Source: an uncultured Bacilli bacterium | Lineage (GTDB): Bacteria; Bacillota_I; Bacilli_A; RF39; UBA660 | Direction: 5' to 3' | Assembly: GCA_947623925.1 (NCBI GenBank) | Contig: CANQID010000001.1 | Span: 130,684-194,683, forward strand | Length of the DNA: 64,000 nt | Made by a program: the position numbers and the translations under genes | Shown here: piece by piece, positions 8,441-18,245 of the stretch | Layout: every line of letters starts with the position of its first letter | Numbering within the stretch: the first letter of the stretch is position 1 | Notes under the pieces: generated by a model | Database searches by the model: none | Told to the model about the DNA's origin: nothing | The model's input: only the letters and a program-made list of their open reading frames with translations

Positions 8441-10975
8441 CTATTTCATTTTTTCTTTTAATTTATATAGTATATTTAAAGCCTCAATTGGAGTTATTTC
8501 TAAAGGATTAACTGAATCTAATATATTTTCTATTTCACTTTTTTTAGGAATTAACTCTTCAATAGGAAGTGCTTCTTGTATTTTTATATCTCTTTTTATT
8601 TCTTTATTTTCATATATTTTTAATATTTGATTTGCTCTATTTATTAAACTATCAGGAAGATTTGCAAGTTTAGCAACATGAATACCATAACTTTTATCAA
8701 TACTACCTTCTTTTACTTTGTGTAGAAAAGTTATATTACCATTTTCTTCATGAGCAGAAACATGAACATTTTTAAGATTTTTAAGTGTGTTTTCTAAATC
8801 AGTTAATTCATGATAATGTGTTGAAAATAAAGTTTTTGCTTTAATATTGTCATGTATATATTCTATTATTGATTGCGCTAAAGCCATACCATCAAAAGTA
8901 GCAGTTCCTCTACCCAATTCATCAAATAATATTAAACTTCTTTCTGTTGCATTTTGTATTGCATTATTTGCTTCTAACATTTCTACCATAAATGTCGATT
9001 CTCCACTTACTAAATCATCACTTGCACCTATTCTTGTATATATTGCATCAAATATTGGTAATTTAGCGCTTTTAGCAGGTACAAAGCAACCGATTTGAGC
9101 CATTATAGCAATAATTGCCATTTGTCTCATATAAGTTGATTTACCAGCCATATTAGGGCCTGTAATAAGAAGTACATTTGTTTTTTCATCCATTATTACA
9201 TCGTTTTCTACATATTCGCTGCCTTCTAATACTTTTTCTACAACAGGATGCCTACCTTCTATTATTTCTATTTCGTTTTTTGTAATAGTAGGTCTTACAT
9301 AATTATTTTCTTCTGTAATTGTTGCAAAAGATTGTAATACATCTATTTCACTTATTATTTTTGAAATATTTTGAAGTTTTGGAATATATCCTTTTACTTT
9401 ATCTTTGATTAAATTAAATAATTCATATTCTAAATCTATTATTTTTTCTTCTGCATTTAATATAAGTGATTCCTTTTCTTTTAGTATTGGACTTATATAT
9501 CTTTCGCAGTTTGCAAGTGTTTGTCTTCTTTCATAACCATATTCTTCTTTTATAAGATTTGTATTTCCTTTACTTACTTCTATATAATATCCAAATACTC
9601 TATTGTAGCCTACTTTTAAATTTTTAATTCCTGTTCTTTCTCTTTCTTCTGTTTCAAATTTAGCGATAAAGTCTTTTCCACCTTTTCTTAGTTCTTTTAA
9701 TTCGTCTAAATCTTTATCGTATCCTTCTTTTATTAAATATCCTTCTTTTATTGATACAGGTGGATTTTCATATATACTTTCTTCTAATAAGTTATATAAT
9801 TCTTCTAATGTATCAAATGATTTGTCATAATTAATTTGTTCAAGTAATGATTTAATATTTGGCAATACTTTTATAGAGTTTTTAAGTTGTAATAAATCTC
9901 TAGCATTCGCACTTCCAAACGCAATTCTACCACTTAATCTTTCTAAGTCATATACTTCAATCAAACATTTTTCTAAGTCACTTTTTAATATAAATTGTTC
10001 TAATAATTTTTGAACAAAATCATATCTTCTATTTATTTCATCTACGTTTATTAATGGATTTTCTATATAGTTTTTAAGCATTCTAGATCCCATCGCAGTT
10101 TTTGTTTTATCTAGTAACCAAATTAATGAATAATTTCTTTGTTTAAGTCTTAATGTTTCTGTAAGTTCTAAGTTTCTTTTAGTATGAATATCCATTTTTA
10201 AGTAATTTTTATTTTCTCTTATAATAGCTTTTTGCATATGTTGCATATTTCTTTTTTGAGTTGTTGTTATATATGTTAGTAGATGTCTTATCGTTTCTAT
10301 ATATCTAATATCTTCAATATCTTTATAAATGTATTCATATTCTGTTGATGTTATATCATTAAATACTGTAGTTGATATTTTAAATTGATTTTCAAGCATT
10401 GAAGTAATTGATAAGTCTACTTTATCTGTTACTATTATTTCTTTTATTCCAATACTTACTATTTCACTTACTAATTTAGAGTTATTATGTTCTATTAAAA
10501 ATACATTAACTTCTCCTGTTGATATATCTATGTAACTTACACCATATGCATGTGTGAAATCTATAATATTACCAATATAATTATTTTCATATTCTTTTAA
10601 GGATTCATTATCCATTATTGTACCTTTACTTATTATTTGTATTAAATCTCTTTTAACGATTCCTTTAGCAGTTTTTGGGTCTTCTAATTGTTCACATATA
10701 CCTACTTTATATCCTTTTTCTACCAATTTATCTATATATAATTTAGCAGCATGATAAGGTATGCCACACATTGGTACTTTTTCTTCTAATCCAGCATTTT
10801 TGCCTGTAAGTGTTAATTCTAATTCTCTTGAAATATTTATTGCATCTTCAAAAAACATTTCATAAAAATCACCTAATCTAAAAAAAATTATTACATCTGG
10901 ATTTTGTTTTTTTACATCAATATATTGTCTTATTCCAGGTGAAACTTTTGTTACATCGACTTCGTTTAGTTTCAT
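8441..10975 (-). CDS. mutS: DNA mismatch repair protein MutS
   Basis: N-terminal mismatch-binding motif (FFRLGDFYEMFFEDA), Walker A GPNMAGKSTYMRQ, STFMVEM, DELGRGT. Confidence 0.97.
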   Translation of the reverse strand: MKLNEVDVTKVSPGIRQYIDVKKQNPDVIIFFRLGDFYEMFFEDAINISRELELTLTGKNAGLEEKVPMCGIPYHAAKLYIDKLVEKGYKVGICEQLEDPKTAKGIVKRDLIQIISKGTIMDNESLKEYENNYIGNIIDFTHAYGVSYIDISTGEVNVFLIEHNNSKLVSEIVSIGIKEIIVTDKVDLSITSMLENQFKISTTVFNDITSTEYEYIYKDIEDIRYIETIRHLLTYITTTQKRNMQHMQKAIIRENKNYLKMDIHTKRNLELTETLRLKQRNYSLIWLLDKTKTAMGSRMLKNYIENPLINVDEINRRYDFVQKLLEQFILKSDLEKCLIEVYDLERLSGRIAFGSANARDLLQLKNSIKVLPNIKSLLEQINYDKSFDTLEELYNLLEESIYENPPVSIKEGYLIKEGYDKDLDELKELRKGGKDFIAKFETEERERTGIKNLKVGYNRVFGYYIEVSKGNTNLIKEEYGYERRQTLANCERYISPILKEKESLILNAEEKIIDLEYELFNLIKDKVKGYIPKLQNISKIISEIDVLQSFATITEENNYVRPTITKNEIEIIEGRHPVVEKVLEGSEYVENDVIMDEKTNVLLITGPNMAGKSTYMRQMAIIAIMAQIGCFVPAKSAKLPIFDAIYTRIGASDDLVSGESTFMVEMLEANNAIQNATERSLILFDELGRGTATFDGMALAQSIIEYIHDNIKAKTLFSTHYHELTDLENTLKNLKNVHVSAHEENGNITFLHKVKEGSIDKSYGIHVAKLANLPDSLINRANQILKIYENKEIKRDIKIQEALPIEELIPKKSEIENILDSVNPLEITPIEALNILYKLKEKMK

Positions 10976-11073
10976 TTTACCACCTATTTAATTATACCAA
11001 AACTAATAATTAAAGTAAAATATACTTGATAAAATTTTATAAATTTTATATACTTATTTAGGAGGAAAGTTTT

Positions 11074-11349
11074 ATGAAAAATAATTATAATATTGCTCAA
11101 GATTTAATGAATGGTGGCTTGCTTTCAATGCTAACAGATAAAAAAGTAAAATCAAGTAAAAGATATACTATTTATATTATTTGTATTTTGTTTTATTTGG
11201 TTCTAATTGGTCTTTGTTTCTTTAATGGAATTGGTAATTTTAATAAGAATATGGTTTTATTTATAATACTTAATCTATTAGGTTTATTCCTTGTTATTGA
11301 TTTATTAAGGCTTATGAATGGTGTTGAAAAAGGGTTAGAAAAAAAATAG
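11074..11349 (+). CDS. small hypothetical membrane protein
   Basis: GGAGG RBS, two hydrophobic helices. Confidence 0.55.
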   Translation: MKNNYNIAQDLMNGGLLSMLTDKKVKSSKRYTIYIICILFYLVLIGLCFFNGIGNFNKNMVLFIILNLLGLFLVIDLLRLMNGVEKGLEKK

Positions 11350-11367
11350 TTTAAATAACTATTTTTT
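11341..11367. terminator. bidirectional terminator between convergent genes
   Basis: perfect 11-bp hairpin aaaaaatagtt/aactatttttt, A-run/T-run on both sides, overlaps both stop codons. Confidence 0.6.
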
Positions 11368-12387
11368 TAGTTCATTTACTACTTGATCAAAGTTTAATGC
11401 TTTGATTATTTTTATATTGTAATTATTTTCTTTTACTAAATTCATTACTTCATCATAGTTTTCTCCTGCTGGAACTATAAATATATCTGCCTTATTTTTA
11501 ATTGCTCCTTTTAATTTATATTTAACTCCACCTATTTCTCCTACATTACCATCAAAATCTATTGTACCTGTTCCTACGATTTTTCTGCCACGTGTTAAAT
11601 CTTCATCTGTTAAATAGTCATAAATAGCGAGAGTAAGCATTAATCCACCTGATGGACCTGTTTCTGAACTATCAAATTTATAATTAATGGTTGGAGTAGT
11701 TTCTAAATCATATACTTCAGATATTAATATTCCAATAGCAGCTTTACCATCTATTAGTTTCATTTTAGCAGTTCTCGTATATTCTTTATTGTCGTTTTTA
11801 ACTTTTATATTTATTGTATCATTTTCATTATATTTAGATAAAACTTCATTTAATTGTTCCTTGTTTTTAATTTCAGTATCATCTATTTTTAATATTTGGT
11901 CCCCTATTTTTAAATCGTTTGTATTTCTATCTATAATATATGCAACATAAACTTCACTACTTGTTATATTAATTTCTTTATTTGCTTTTTTATAAGCAAC
12001 ATACGTTGAATAACTTACTGATTCTTTTAATAATATATCACTTCTTTTCATGGCTTCTTCTATTGTTTCATTGTCATATTTCATTTCTTCTTGTGGAATA
12101 ATATCATAATCTTTATTTAAAAGTGCGAATAAATAAGTAGGTATTGTTGCATTTAGTTCTGTTACATATGATAAATTTATACTACCATTAATATCATTTG
12201 AATTTTCTATTTCTACTTTGTCATTAACATTTATAATTCCTCCTGGAGCATCTATAAAAAATGGTAGTTTAAAAACAGCAAGGAAAAATATAACTAATAT
12301 TCCTAATAAAAATTTATAATTTTCTTTTATATATAACTTTATTTTTTCATATAATTTATTAATCATAGATTTATCCTTTCTAATCAA
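11359..12387 (-). CDS. ylbL: PDZ + Lon-protease-C-domain serine protease (YlbL/SepM family)
   Basis: N-terminal TM, PDZ segment (LKIGDQILKIDDTEI), C-terminal Lon_C-like GPSGGLMLTLAIYD...GTGTID..G.VGEIGGV.YK; adjacent divergent ylbJ as in Bacillus. Confidence 0.8.
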   Translation of the reverse strand: MIRKDKSMINKLYEKIKLYIKENYKFLLGILVIFFLAVFKLPFFIDAPGGIINVNDKVEIENSNDINGSINLSYVTELNATIPTYLFALLNKDYDIIPQEEMKYDNETIEEAMKRSDILLKESVSYSTYVAYKKANKEINITSSEVYVAYIIDRNTNDLKIGDQILKIDDTEIKNKEQLNEVLSKYNENDTINIKVKNDNKEYTRTAKMKLIDGKAAIGILISEVYDLETTPTINYKFDSSETGPSGGLMLTLAIYDYLTDEDLTRGRKIVGTGTIDFDGNVGEIGGVKYKLKGAIKNKADIFIVPAGENYDEVMNLVKENNYNIKIIKALNFDQVVNELKK

Positions 12388-12411
12388 TTTTATAAGAATG
12401 TAGGTGTGAAT

Positions 12412-13335
12412 ATGAAGAAATATTTGAATTATTTTATTATAACAATTTTATTTTTTTTTATATTTGAAATATTAACAAACTCTACATCTATTATAAGTAC
12501 TATATCATTTTCTATGGAAATATGGAAAAACAATATATTTCCAACTTTATTTCCTTTTTTTATTTTATCAGATTTATTAATTAATTATGGTTTTATTGAA
12601 ATTGTTTCTAAATATTTTTCTCCTTTAATGAAATTATTTAAAATTAAAAGTGAATGTGCTTTTATATTTGTATTAAGTATTTTTTCAGGTTTTCCAAGTA
12701 ATTCAAAATATACTAAGGAATTATATGATAAAGGGCTTATTAATGAATATGAAGCAACTAAAGTATTATTATTTACTCATTTTTCAAATCCTCTTTTTAT
12801 ACTAGGAACATTAACTTTATTTTTAAATAAAAGACTTGCTTTAATTATACTTATTTGTCATTATTTAGGAAATATAATAGTAGGTATTATTTTTAGGAAT
12901 TATCACCCTAGTATAAATTCAAATAAGATAAATAATAAAGTAGAATTAAATAATAAATCTTTTATTGAAATACTTACTAATTCTATAGTTAAAACAATTG
13001 ATACTTTACTTTTATTACTTGGTATTATTACTACCTTTTTAATAATTACAACAATTATTGATAGTAATTTAAATTTACCTAATATTATTCAATATATTTT
13101 AAATGGTATTATAGAAATGACACAAGGTTTAAAATATGTAAGTATGTTAAATATAAATATTAATTTAAAAGCCGTAATTTCAACCTTTTTCTTATCATTC
13201 GGAGGTATATGCATACATGTACAAGTAAAAAGTATATTAAAAGGAACAAATATTAAATATCTGCCCTATTTATTTGCAAGAATAATACATGGTGTTGTTT
13301 CTAGTTTACTTGTATTAATAATAACTTATTTATAA
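12412..13335 (+). CDS. ylbJ: sporulation integral membrane protein YlbJ (nucleoside-recognition-domain family)
   Basis: polytopic membrane protein, WKNNIFPTLFPFFILSDLL motif; AGGTG RBS 5 nt before ATG at 12412 (the ORF track starts at an upstream GTG, 12406). Confidence 0.75.
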   Translation: MKKYLNYFIITILFFFIFEILTNSTSIISTISFSMEIWKNNIFPTLFPFFILSDLLINYGFIEIVSKYFSPLMKLFKIKSECAFIFVLSIFSGFPSNSKYTKELYDKGLINEYEATKVLLFTHFSNPLFILGTLTLFLNKRLALIILICHYLGNIIVGIIFRNYHPSINSNKINNKVELNNKSFIEILTNSIVKTIDTLLLLLGIITTFLIITTIIDSNLNLPNIIQYILNGIIEMTQGLKYVSMLNININLKAVISTFFLSFGGICIHVQVKSILKGTNIKYLPYLFARIIHGVVSSLLVLIITYL

Positions 13336-13392
13336 ATTATTTTATTTTCAATTGTTAAAACTTTTATTTAAAACTAAATTAGTAATTTCATA

Positions 13393-13776
13393 TTATTCTT
13401 TTTCAGAAAGCATACAAGTTTCTTTATCATCTAGTTTATAAGAATAATTATTATTGTTATATTCTGTTTTTACAGTTTTTTCGTTTATTTTTTCACCATC
13501 ATAACTAATATTTGAAATAAGTAAATTTTCATCTATTAAATCTTGTATATCAATACAGTATGTAACACCATTTTCTATATGAAAATTATTTTCATATTTC
13601 TTAATATAATCATTTACTGCAGTTTTTATAAGTTCCATAGAAGCTTTATTTTCTCTTTCTTTGCTATTTTTTATTACATTAATAACAGAAACTGATGTTA
13701 AAGAAATAATTATAGCTAGCAACAATATTGTACAAACAAGTTCAATTAATGTAAATCCTTTTTTATTTAATATCAT
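13393..13776 (-). CDS. prepilin-type N-terminal cleavage/methylation domain protein (pseudopilin)
   Basis: class III signal KKGFTLIELV followed by a hydrophobic helix; 127 aa. Confidence 0.8.
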   Translation of the reverse strand: MILNKKGFTLIELVCTILLLAIIISLTSVSVINVIKNSKERENKASMELIKTAVNDYIKKYENNFHIENGVTYCIDIQDLIDENLLISNISYDGEKINEKTVKTEYNNNNYSYKLDDKETCMLSEKE

Positions 13777-13780
13777 AAAA

Positions 13781-14317
13781 TCACCCCATCATAATATCTG
13801 CAATAACATTTCTAATATTAGAAACAGTATCAACAGCATAATAAAATTTATCTTTAATTTTATTTGTTTTTGTAGTTTTATTATCTATATATATAATAAA
13901 ATCATCTTTATTAAATTCGATTTTAACATTTTTGCAATATCTTTTATACTTATGAATTATATCATCTGTATCTACATCATTTTTATTTCCATAAATATAA
14001 AGCATATTACTATTTATATATATACTATTACTTAAAAATGATTTCATATGTTTTTCAATTTCTGAAAAATTACAAATAATAAAATCAACTTTCTTTTTCT
14101 TAAAAACTTTTCTTAATTTTTTAACTTTTATAACTTTAGAACTAGAAGTAGTTGTACTATCACAATACATTTTTTTAGATTTAAAATTATTTAGTGAATC
14201 ACAAATTAAAACTTTATCATTAGAATTAATAATATCAAAAATGTTTGAATCTTCTACTCCAATAAGAAGAACTCTACCACTTACACATTTCGCTATATTA
14301 TATAAATCTTGTTTCAT
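13781..14317 (-). CDS. hypothetical protein
   Basis: ORF tightly packed between tcdA and the pseudopilin gene (4-nt gaps); no motif recognised. Confidence 0.55.
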   Translation of the reverse strand: MKQDLYNIAKCVSGRVLLIGVEDSNIFDIINSNDKVLICDSLNNFKSKKMYCDSTTTSSSKVIKVKKLRKVFKKKKVDFIICNFSEIEKHMKSFLSNSIYINSNMLYIYGNKNDVDTDDIIHKYKRYCKNVKIEFNKDDFIIYIDNKTTKTNKIKDKFYYAVDTVSNIRNVIADIMMG

Positions 14318-14321
14318 ACTA

Positions 14322-15002
14322 TCAATCCTTTATAACATCATTTATAACATAACTTGCACATAACAATCCTGCAATTGCAGGTATAAATGAATTTGAACCA
14401 ATCTTTTCTTTTACTTTAATAGGCTTTTCATCACTAAATACAACTGGAATTTTATTATTTATTTTTTCATCTTTTATCATTTTTCTAATTACTTTTGATA
14501 TTGGATCATAACTTGTTTTTCTAATATCTACTATTTTTAATTTAGATGGATCCATTTTATTTCCAACACCCATGCTTGAAATAAATTTAATTTTATTTTT
14601 AACACATTTTCTAATTATTTCTTTTTTAGTATTTACTGTATCACAAGCATCAATTACATAATCAATTTTTCTTTTAAATAATTTATCTATGTTATCTTTT
14701 GAAATAAATTCATTTATACATTCAACTTCGATAAATTTATTAATTGTTTTAATTCTATTTTTTAAAGCTTCAGTTTTATATTCACCAATATTATTATAAT
14801 TAGTCATAAGTTGTCTATTTAAATTAGTGATATCAATTTTATCTGAATCAACTAGTATAATTTTTTTTATACCAGAACGTACTAATGCTTCTACGGCATA
14901 ACTTCCAACTCCACCAAGACCAATAATAAGTACAGTTGAATTAAATATTTTTTTAATATTTTCTTGTCCTAGAAGAAGTTTTAATCTTTCAAATTGATCC
15001 AT
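14322..15002 (-). CDS. tcdA: tRNA threonylcarbamoyladenosine dehydratase (ThiF/E1-like)
   Basis: Rossmann motif IIGLGGVGSYAVEAL, DSD.ID..NLNRQ, typical ~230-aa TcdA/CsdL size. Confidence 0.85.
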   Translation of the reverse strand: MDQFERLKLLLGQENIKKIFNSTVLIIGLGGVGSYAVEALVRSGIKKIILVDSDKIDITNLNRQLMTNYNNIGEYKTEALKNRIKTINKFIEVECINEFISKDNIDKLFKRKIDYVIDACDTVNTKKEIIRKCVKNKIKFISSMGVGNKMDPSKLKIVDIRKTSYDPISKVIRKMIKDEKINNKIPVVFSDEKPIKVKEKIGSNSFIPAIAGLLCASYVINDVIKD

Positions 15003-15050
15003 TTACTGTCACCATAATAAGTATAACATGTTTAAAGATTTTAAGCAATA

Positions 15051-15222
15051 AAAAAAGCCTAAGGATGTAGGTGTTCGAAACGATAAACCCTGTCTACCAG
15101 GTGGGCATCACATTACAAACTTTAGGATTCCTTTATAAAAGGTCTTCAACACCGTCTGTAAATTAGATTCCCAATCGTTTACTTGTAGGTTTTTCTTAAC
15201 AAACACTTTTTTATCCTTAGGT
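15051..15222 (-). ncRNA. ssrS: candidate 6S RNA
   Basis: ~170-nt ORF-free GC-richer block; 5' ACCUAAGGAU..GUGUUUG..AAACGAU pairs with 3' AUCGUUU-CGAACAC..AUCCUUAGG giving a long interrupted rod, then a U-run; extended -10 promoter; sits upstream of tcdA, as I recall for B. subtilis bsrA. Confidence 0.5.
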
Positions 15223-15228
15223 AATTTT

Positions 15229-15257
15229 ATTTTATCATATTACTATATGTAAGTCTA
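15229..15257 (-). promoter_or_regulatory. promoter of the candidate 6S RNA
   Basis: minus strand TAGACT - 17 nt - TAAAAT with TGa extended -10; predicted start falls at the first base of the closing stem. Confidence 0.5.
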
Positions 15258-15297
15258 TATTTTTTTTAAATTTAAGTTAAATCAAATGTAAATATAA

Positions 15298-17262
15298 TTA
15301 TATTTGATCATTATCTAATAAAAATTGATAGTATTTCTTTTCTTGTATTAAATTTGAAATATTAAAATATGTATTTACTGTTTTGTTCATTTTTTCAACA
15401 TAATTTTCATCAATAAGTCCCTTTTGGTTAAATTTATTTTCTACTGTATCATAACTTCCAAACTCATTAATCCAACTTTGATCGGCAAGCATTACAGTAG
15501 ATGAAACTTTAGATAGTGCATCTCTTCCAATAAACAATCTAGAATCATATTCTATACCGAATAAATTTAAAATAGTTGGAAGTATATCTATATTTGAAAT
15601 ATATTTATCTACAGTTATATTAGGATTATTTTTACTCCAAATAATCAAATCTTGATGATGAGTAGAAAATTTAGTTGTTCTATCTTCACTATCTAGTTCA
15701 TTTAATTGCTCTGGTTTTAAATAATATGGATAATGATCAGGTGTTATAACAATTACTGTATCATCAAGTTTACCACTTTCTTCTAGTTTTGCAACTAAAT
15801 ATTCTAATGCTTTATCTAATTCTTTGTTTGCAGCAATTAAACCTTTAATATCATTAGAATAATTTAAATCTTTAACTTCATCATAATTTTTTCTTATAAT
15901 TGAACTTTCATTGTAACTATAACTACCATGACCACTTACAGTTAAATAATATGTGAAAAATTTATCTTGATTTATATATTTATCAATAGTATTTTTCATC
16001 ATTTCAAGGTCACTACCTCTAAATTCTTCACATTCGGATACAGTTCCAGTTTTACAAAAGGCATAATCATCATAATTATCATTTTTAAAATAATCTTCTC
16101 TTTTATAAAAATATCCATAATAATCATGATAAGCATAAGTTTTATATCCTAAATCTTTAAGACTATTATTTAATCTAAAAGGATTTGTATTTCCAATTGT
16201 TTGTGTTAATTGATCGGTTTTAGCAACATTTGATGCAAGTAAAGCCCAATCTGTCATATATTCTCCACTTCCAGTACTACCCGGATATAATGGAACATAA
16301 TAATTATTAAAGTTTATACTTCCTTTTAATAATTTATATAATGTAGGAGTTAAATTTTCTGTAATTACACTTTTATCTAGCGATTCAGCAACTATAACAA
16401 TCAAGTTTTTATCTTTATATAAACCTGTATATTCATTTTGTTCTGTTGGTTGTCTATTTTGAAAAAAATTGTTTAAGACTTTTATATCTTTATCATCAGT
16501 TAAAGCGTTTAAATAATCAAAGTTTATATCAATCATGTTGTAATTTGTATTTTCTTCTATAATTGGTTTTTCACCACTATCATTAACATCTACTTCTTCA
16601 GTAAAATTGGTAATTGACCTATACACTTCTAATCTAAAACTAGTAGTTAAACCTAAATTATTTGCCGTTAATACAGGTTGTTTCATTTTAAAATACAAAT
16701 TATAATTACAATACAAACTTTCTTTATCAATACTTATTGATAATACACTTATTGCATAAAACGCTACAATGTAAAAAATTGTCCAAATTGCATTTCTTTT
16801 TCTATTAAATTCGAAATTTATTATTTTATTAAATATTATTAAAAATACTAATGGTAAAAGCATTAATAAAAGTACATACCAATTTTGTATAATTGTAGTT
16901 ACTACTTCATTAAATACAACTATTACTTGATTCATAAATCCCATAGATTTAAGTCCAAAGATTGCATTAAATAAATTAAAATAAATGAACTGTGCAATAA
17001 AAAGAATAGTAATTAAAATAATAAATATAAAAGTTATAATTTTATTTGCTTTTTTTGTAAATAAACTTGAAAAAAAGTAAAAAAATAAAGCAATTGGTAT
17101 AGTAAATAAACATATATCAATTATATTAAACAAATCGAATCTTCTAAAACAAAAAATATGAAAAATCATTTCTAAAAATATAAAAGAAATTACCATATAA
17201 AATAGCAAACTATTTTTTTTGAAAAAATCTTTTAAAATTTCTAACATTTTCATTTGCAACAC
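15298..17262 (-). CDS. LTA synthase family protein (membrane-anchored sulfatase/phosphoglycerol transferase)
   Basis: 5 N-terminal TM helices and an extracellular sulfatase-type domain (VIVAESLD, TVSGHGSY, TPDHYPY). Confidence 0.8.
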   Translation of the reverse strand: MLQMKMLEILKDFFKKNSLLFYMVISFIFLEMIFHIFCFRRFDLFNIIDICLFTIPIALFFYFFSSLFTKKANKIITFIFIILITILFIAQFIYFNLFNAIFGLKSMGFMNQVIVVFNEVVTTIIQNWYVLLLMLLPLVFLIIFNKIINFEFNRKRNAIWTIFYIVAFYAISVLSISIDKESLYCNYNLYFKMKQPVLTANNLGLTTSFRLEVYRSITNFTEEVDVNDSGEKPIIEENTNYNMIDINFDYLNALTDDKDIKVLNNFFQNRQPTEQNEYTGLYKDKNLIVIVAESLDKSVITENLTPTLYKLLKGSINFNNYYVPLYPGSTGSGEYMTDWALLASNVAKTDQLTQTIGNTNPFRLNNSLKDLGYKTYAYHDYYGYFYKREDYFKNDNYDDYAFCKTGTVSECEEFRGSDLEMMKNTIDKYINQDKFFTYYLTVSGHGSYSYNESSIIRKNYDEVKDLNYSNDIKGLIAANKELDKALEYLVAKLEESGKLDDTVIVITPDHYPYYLKPEQLNELDSEDRTTKFSTHHQDLIIWSKNNPNITVDKYISNIDILPTILNLFGIEYDSRLFIGRDALSKVSSTVMLADQSWINEFGSYDTVENKFNQKGLIDENYVEKMNKTVNTYFNISNLIQEKKYYQFLLDNDQI

Positions 17263-17322
17263 CTACTATAGAGTAATTTTATCAAAATTCGACATTTTTT
17301 GCAATATGAAAAATTATTATTT

Positions 17323-17832
17323 TTAAGTATAGTGTGCAGGTACTCCAACTACTGTAGTATTATCTTTTATATCATTTAAAACAACAGCATTTGCTCCTAT
17401 TTTAACATTTTCTCCAATAGTAATATTTCCAAGTACTTTTGCACCACAACCAATCATTACATTATTTTTAATTGTCGGATGACGTTTTCCCTTTTCTTTT
17501 CCAGTACCACCTAAAGTAACACCATGATATATAGTTACATTATCACCTATTATTGCAGTCTCCCCTATTACTACTCCAAAACCATGATCTATAAATAGTC
17601 TTTTTCCTATTTGAGCTCCTGGATGTATTTCTATTCCTGTTGTTATTTTCGTTGTTTCTGATATAAGTCTTGCTAAAAAGAAATGTTTTCTTTTATATAA
17701 AAAATGTGCAATTTTATATGAAAATTGTGCTCTAAAACTTGGGTATAATAATGTTTCCATTGTACTATTAATAGCAGGATCTTTTTCTTTTATAACTTCT
17801 ATTTGTTCCTTTATAAAATTAATTAATTTCAT
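17323..17832 (-). CDS. cysE: serine O-acetyltransferase
   Basis: hexapeptide-repeat core [41 protein letters not shown]. Confidence 0.88.
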   Translation of the reverse strand: MKLINFIKEQIEVIKEKDPAINSTMETLLYPSFRAQFSYKIAHFLYKRKHFFLARLISETTKITTGIEIHPGAQIGKRLFIDHGFGVVIGETAIIGDNVTIYHGVTLGGTGKEKGKRHPTIKNNVMIGCGAKVLGNITIGENVKIGANAVVLNDIKDNTTVVGVPAHYT

Positions 17833-18062
17833 ATTACACCTTCTTATTTTATTTTATGAATCAATAAGTTATAAGAAAGTGTTATTAAATTATAAAAAAT
17901 AAAATAATAACTTTTTAATGTTTATTTTGTAAAATTTTTCATACTATAATTTCTTACTTTTCTAAAGTTATAGTATATATTATAATAGTCGATAAATACT
18001 TTTAAATATTCTTAAAAAAATTAAAAATAAAAACCATCGAAAATCAATGGTTAATAACTAAT

Positions 18063-18139
18063 TGGTGACCTGTACGAGATTCGAACTCATGAATGTTGCC
18101 TTGAGAGGGCAATGTGTTAAGCCACTTCACCAACAGGCC
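18063..18139 (-). tRNA. tRNA-Glu (anticodon CUC)
   Basis: cloverleaf read by hand: GGCCTGT acceptor, 3-bp D stem typical of tRNA-Glu, anticodon loop CTCTCAA, TTCGAAT T-loop, encoded CCA. Confidence 0.85.
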
Positions 18140-18147
18140 AATTAAAT

Positions 18148-18229
18148 ACAATAATAATATATCATGTATTTTATCATTTTACAATAATAATATATCATGT
18201 ATTTTATCATTTTACAATAATAATATATA
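18148..18229. repeat. 33-nt tandem repeat, 2.5 copies
   Basis: acaataataatatatcatgtattttatcatttt at 18148-18180 and 18181-18213, then a 16-nt partial copy; the unit carries TTGTAA-17-TATATT with TGa on the minus strand. Confidence 0.9.
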
Positions 18230-18245
18230 AAAAAAGTTTTAAAAA

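Noticed and set aside
8441-10975. mutS is not followed by mutL; mtaD starts 9 nt downstream instead
   Set aside because: This was noted as an unusual gene order for Firmicutes. Gene order alone says nothing about loss of mutL, which may lie elsewhere in the genome, so it is not reportable as a finding from this window.
15051-15222. Considered a T-box or other riboswitch leader controlling tcdA
   Set aside because: There is no T-box core (GGUGGNACCGCG) and no recognisable aptamer motif. The U-run is preceded by a helix formed between the extreme 5' and 3' ends of the element, which suits a stand-alone rod-like RNA rather than an aptamer plus a separate terminator. A leader function is still possible and is listed as the refutation test.
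17833-18062. Looked for a T-box or other leader upstream of cysE, and upstream of cysS at 47542-47600
   Set aside because: Both regions are almost pure AT and have no GGUGG/ACCGCG core. They contain only the terminators of the upstream genes or tRNA. No regulatory RNA can be supported.
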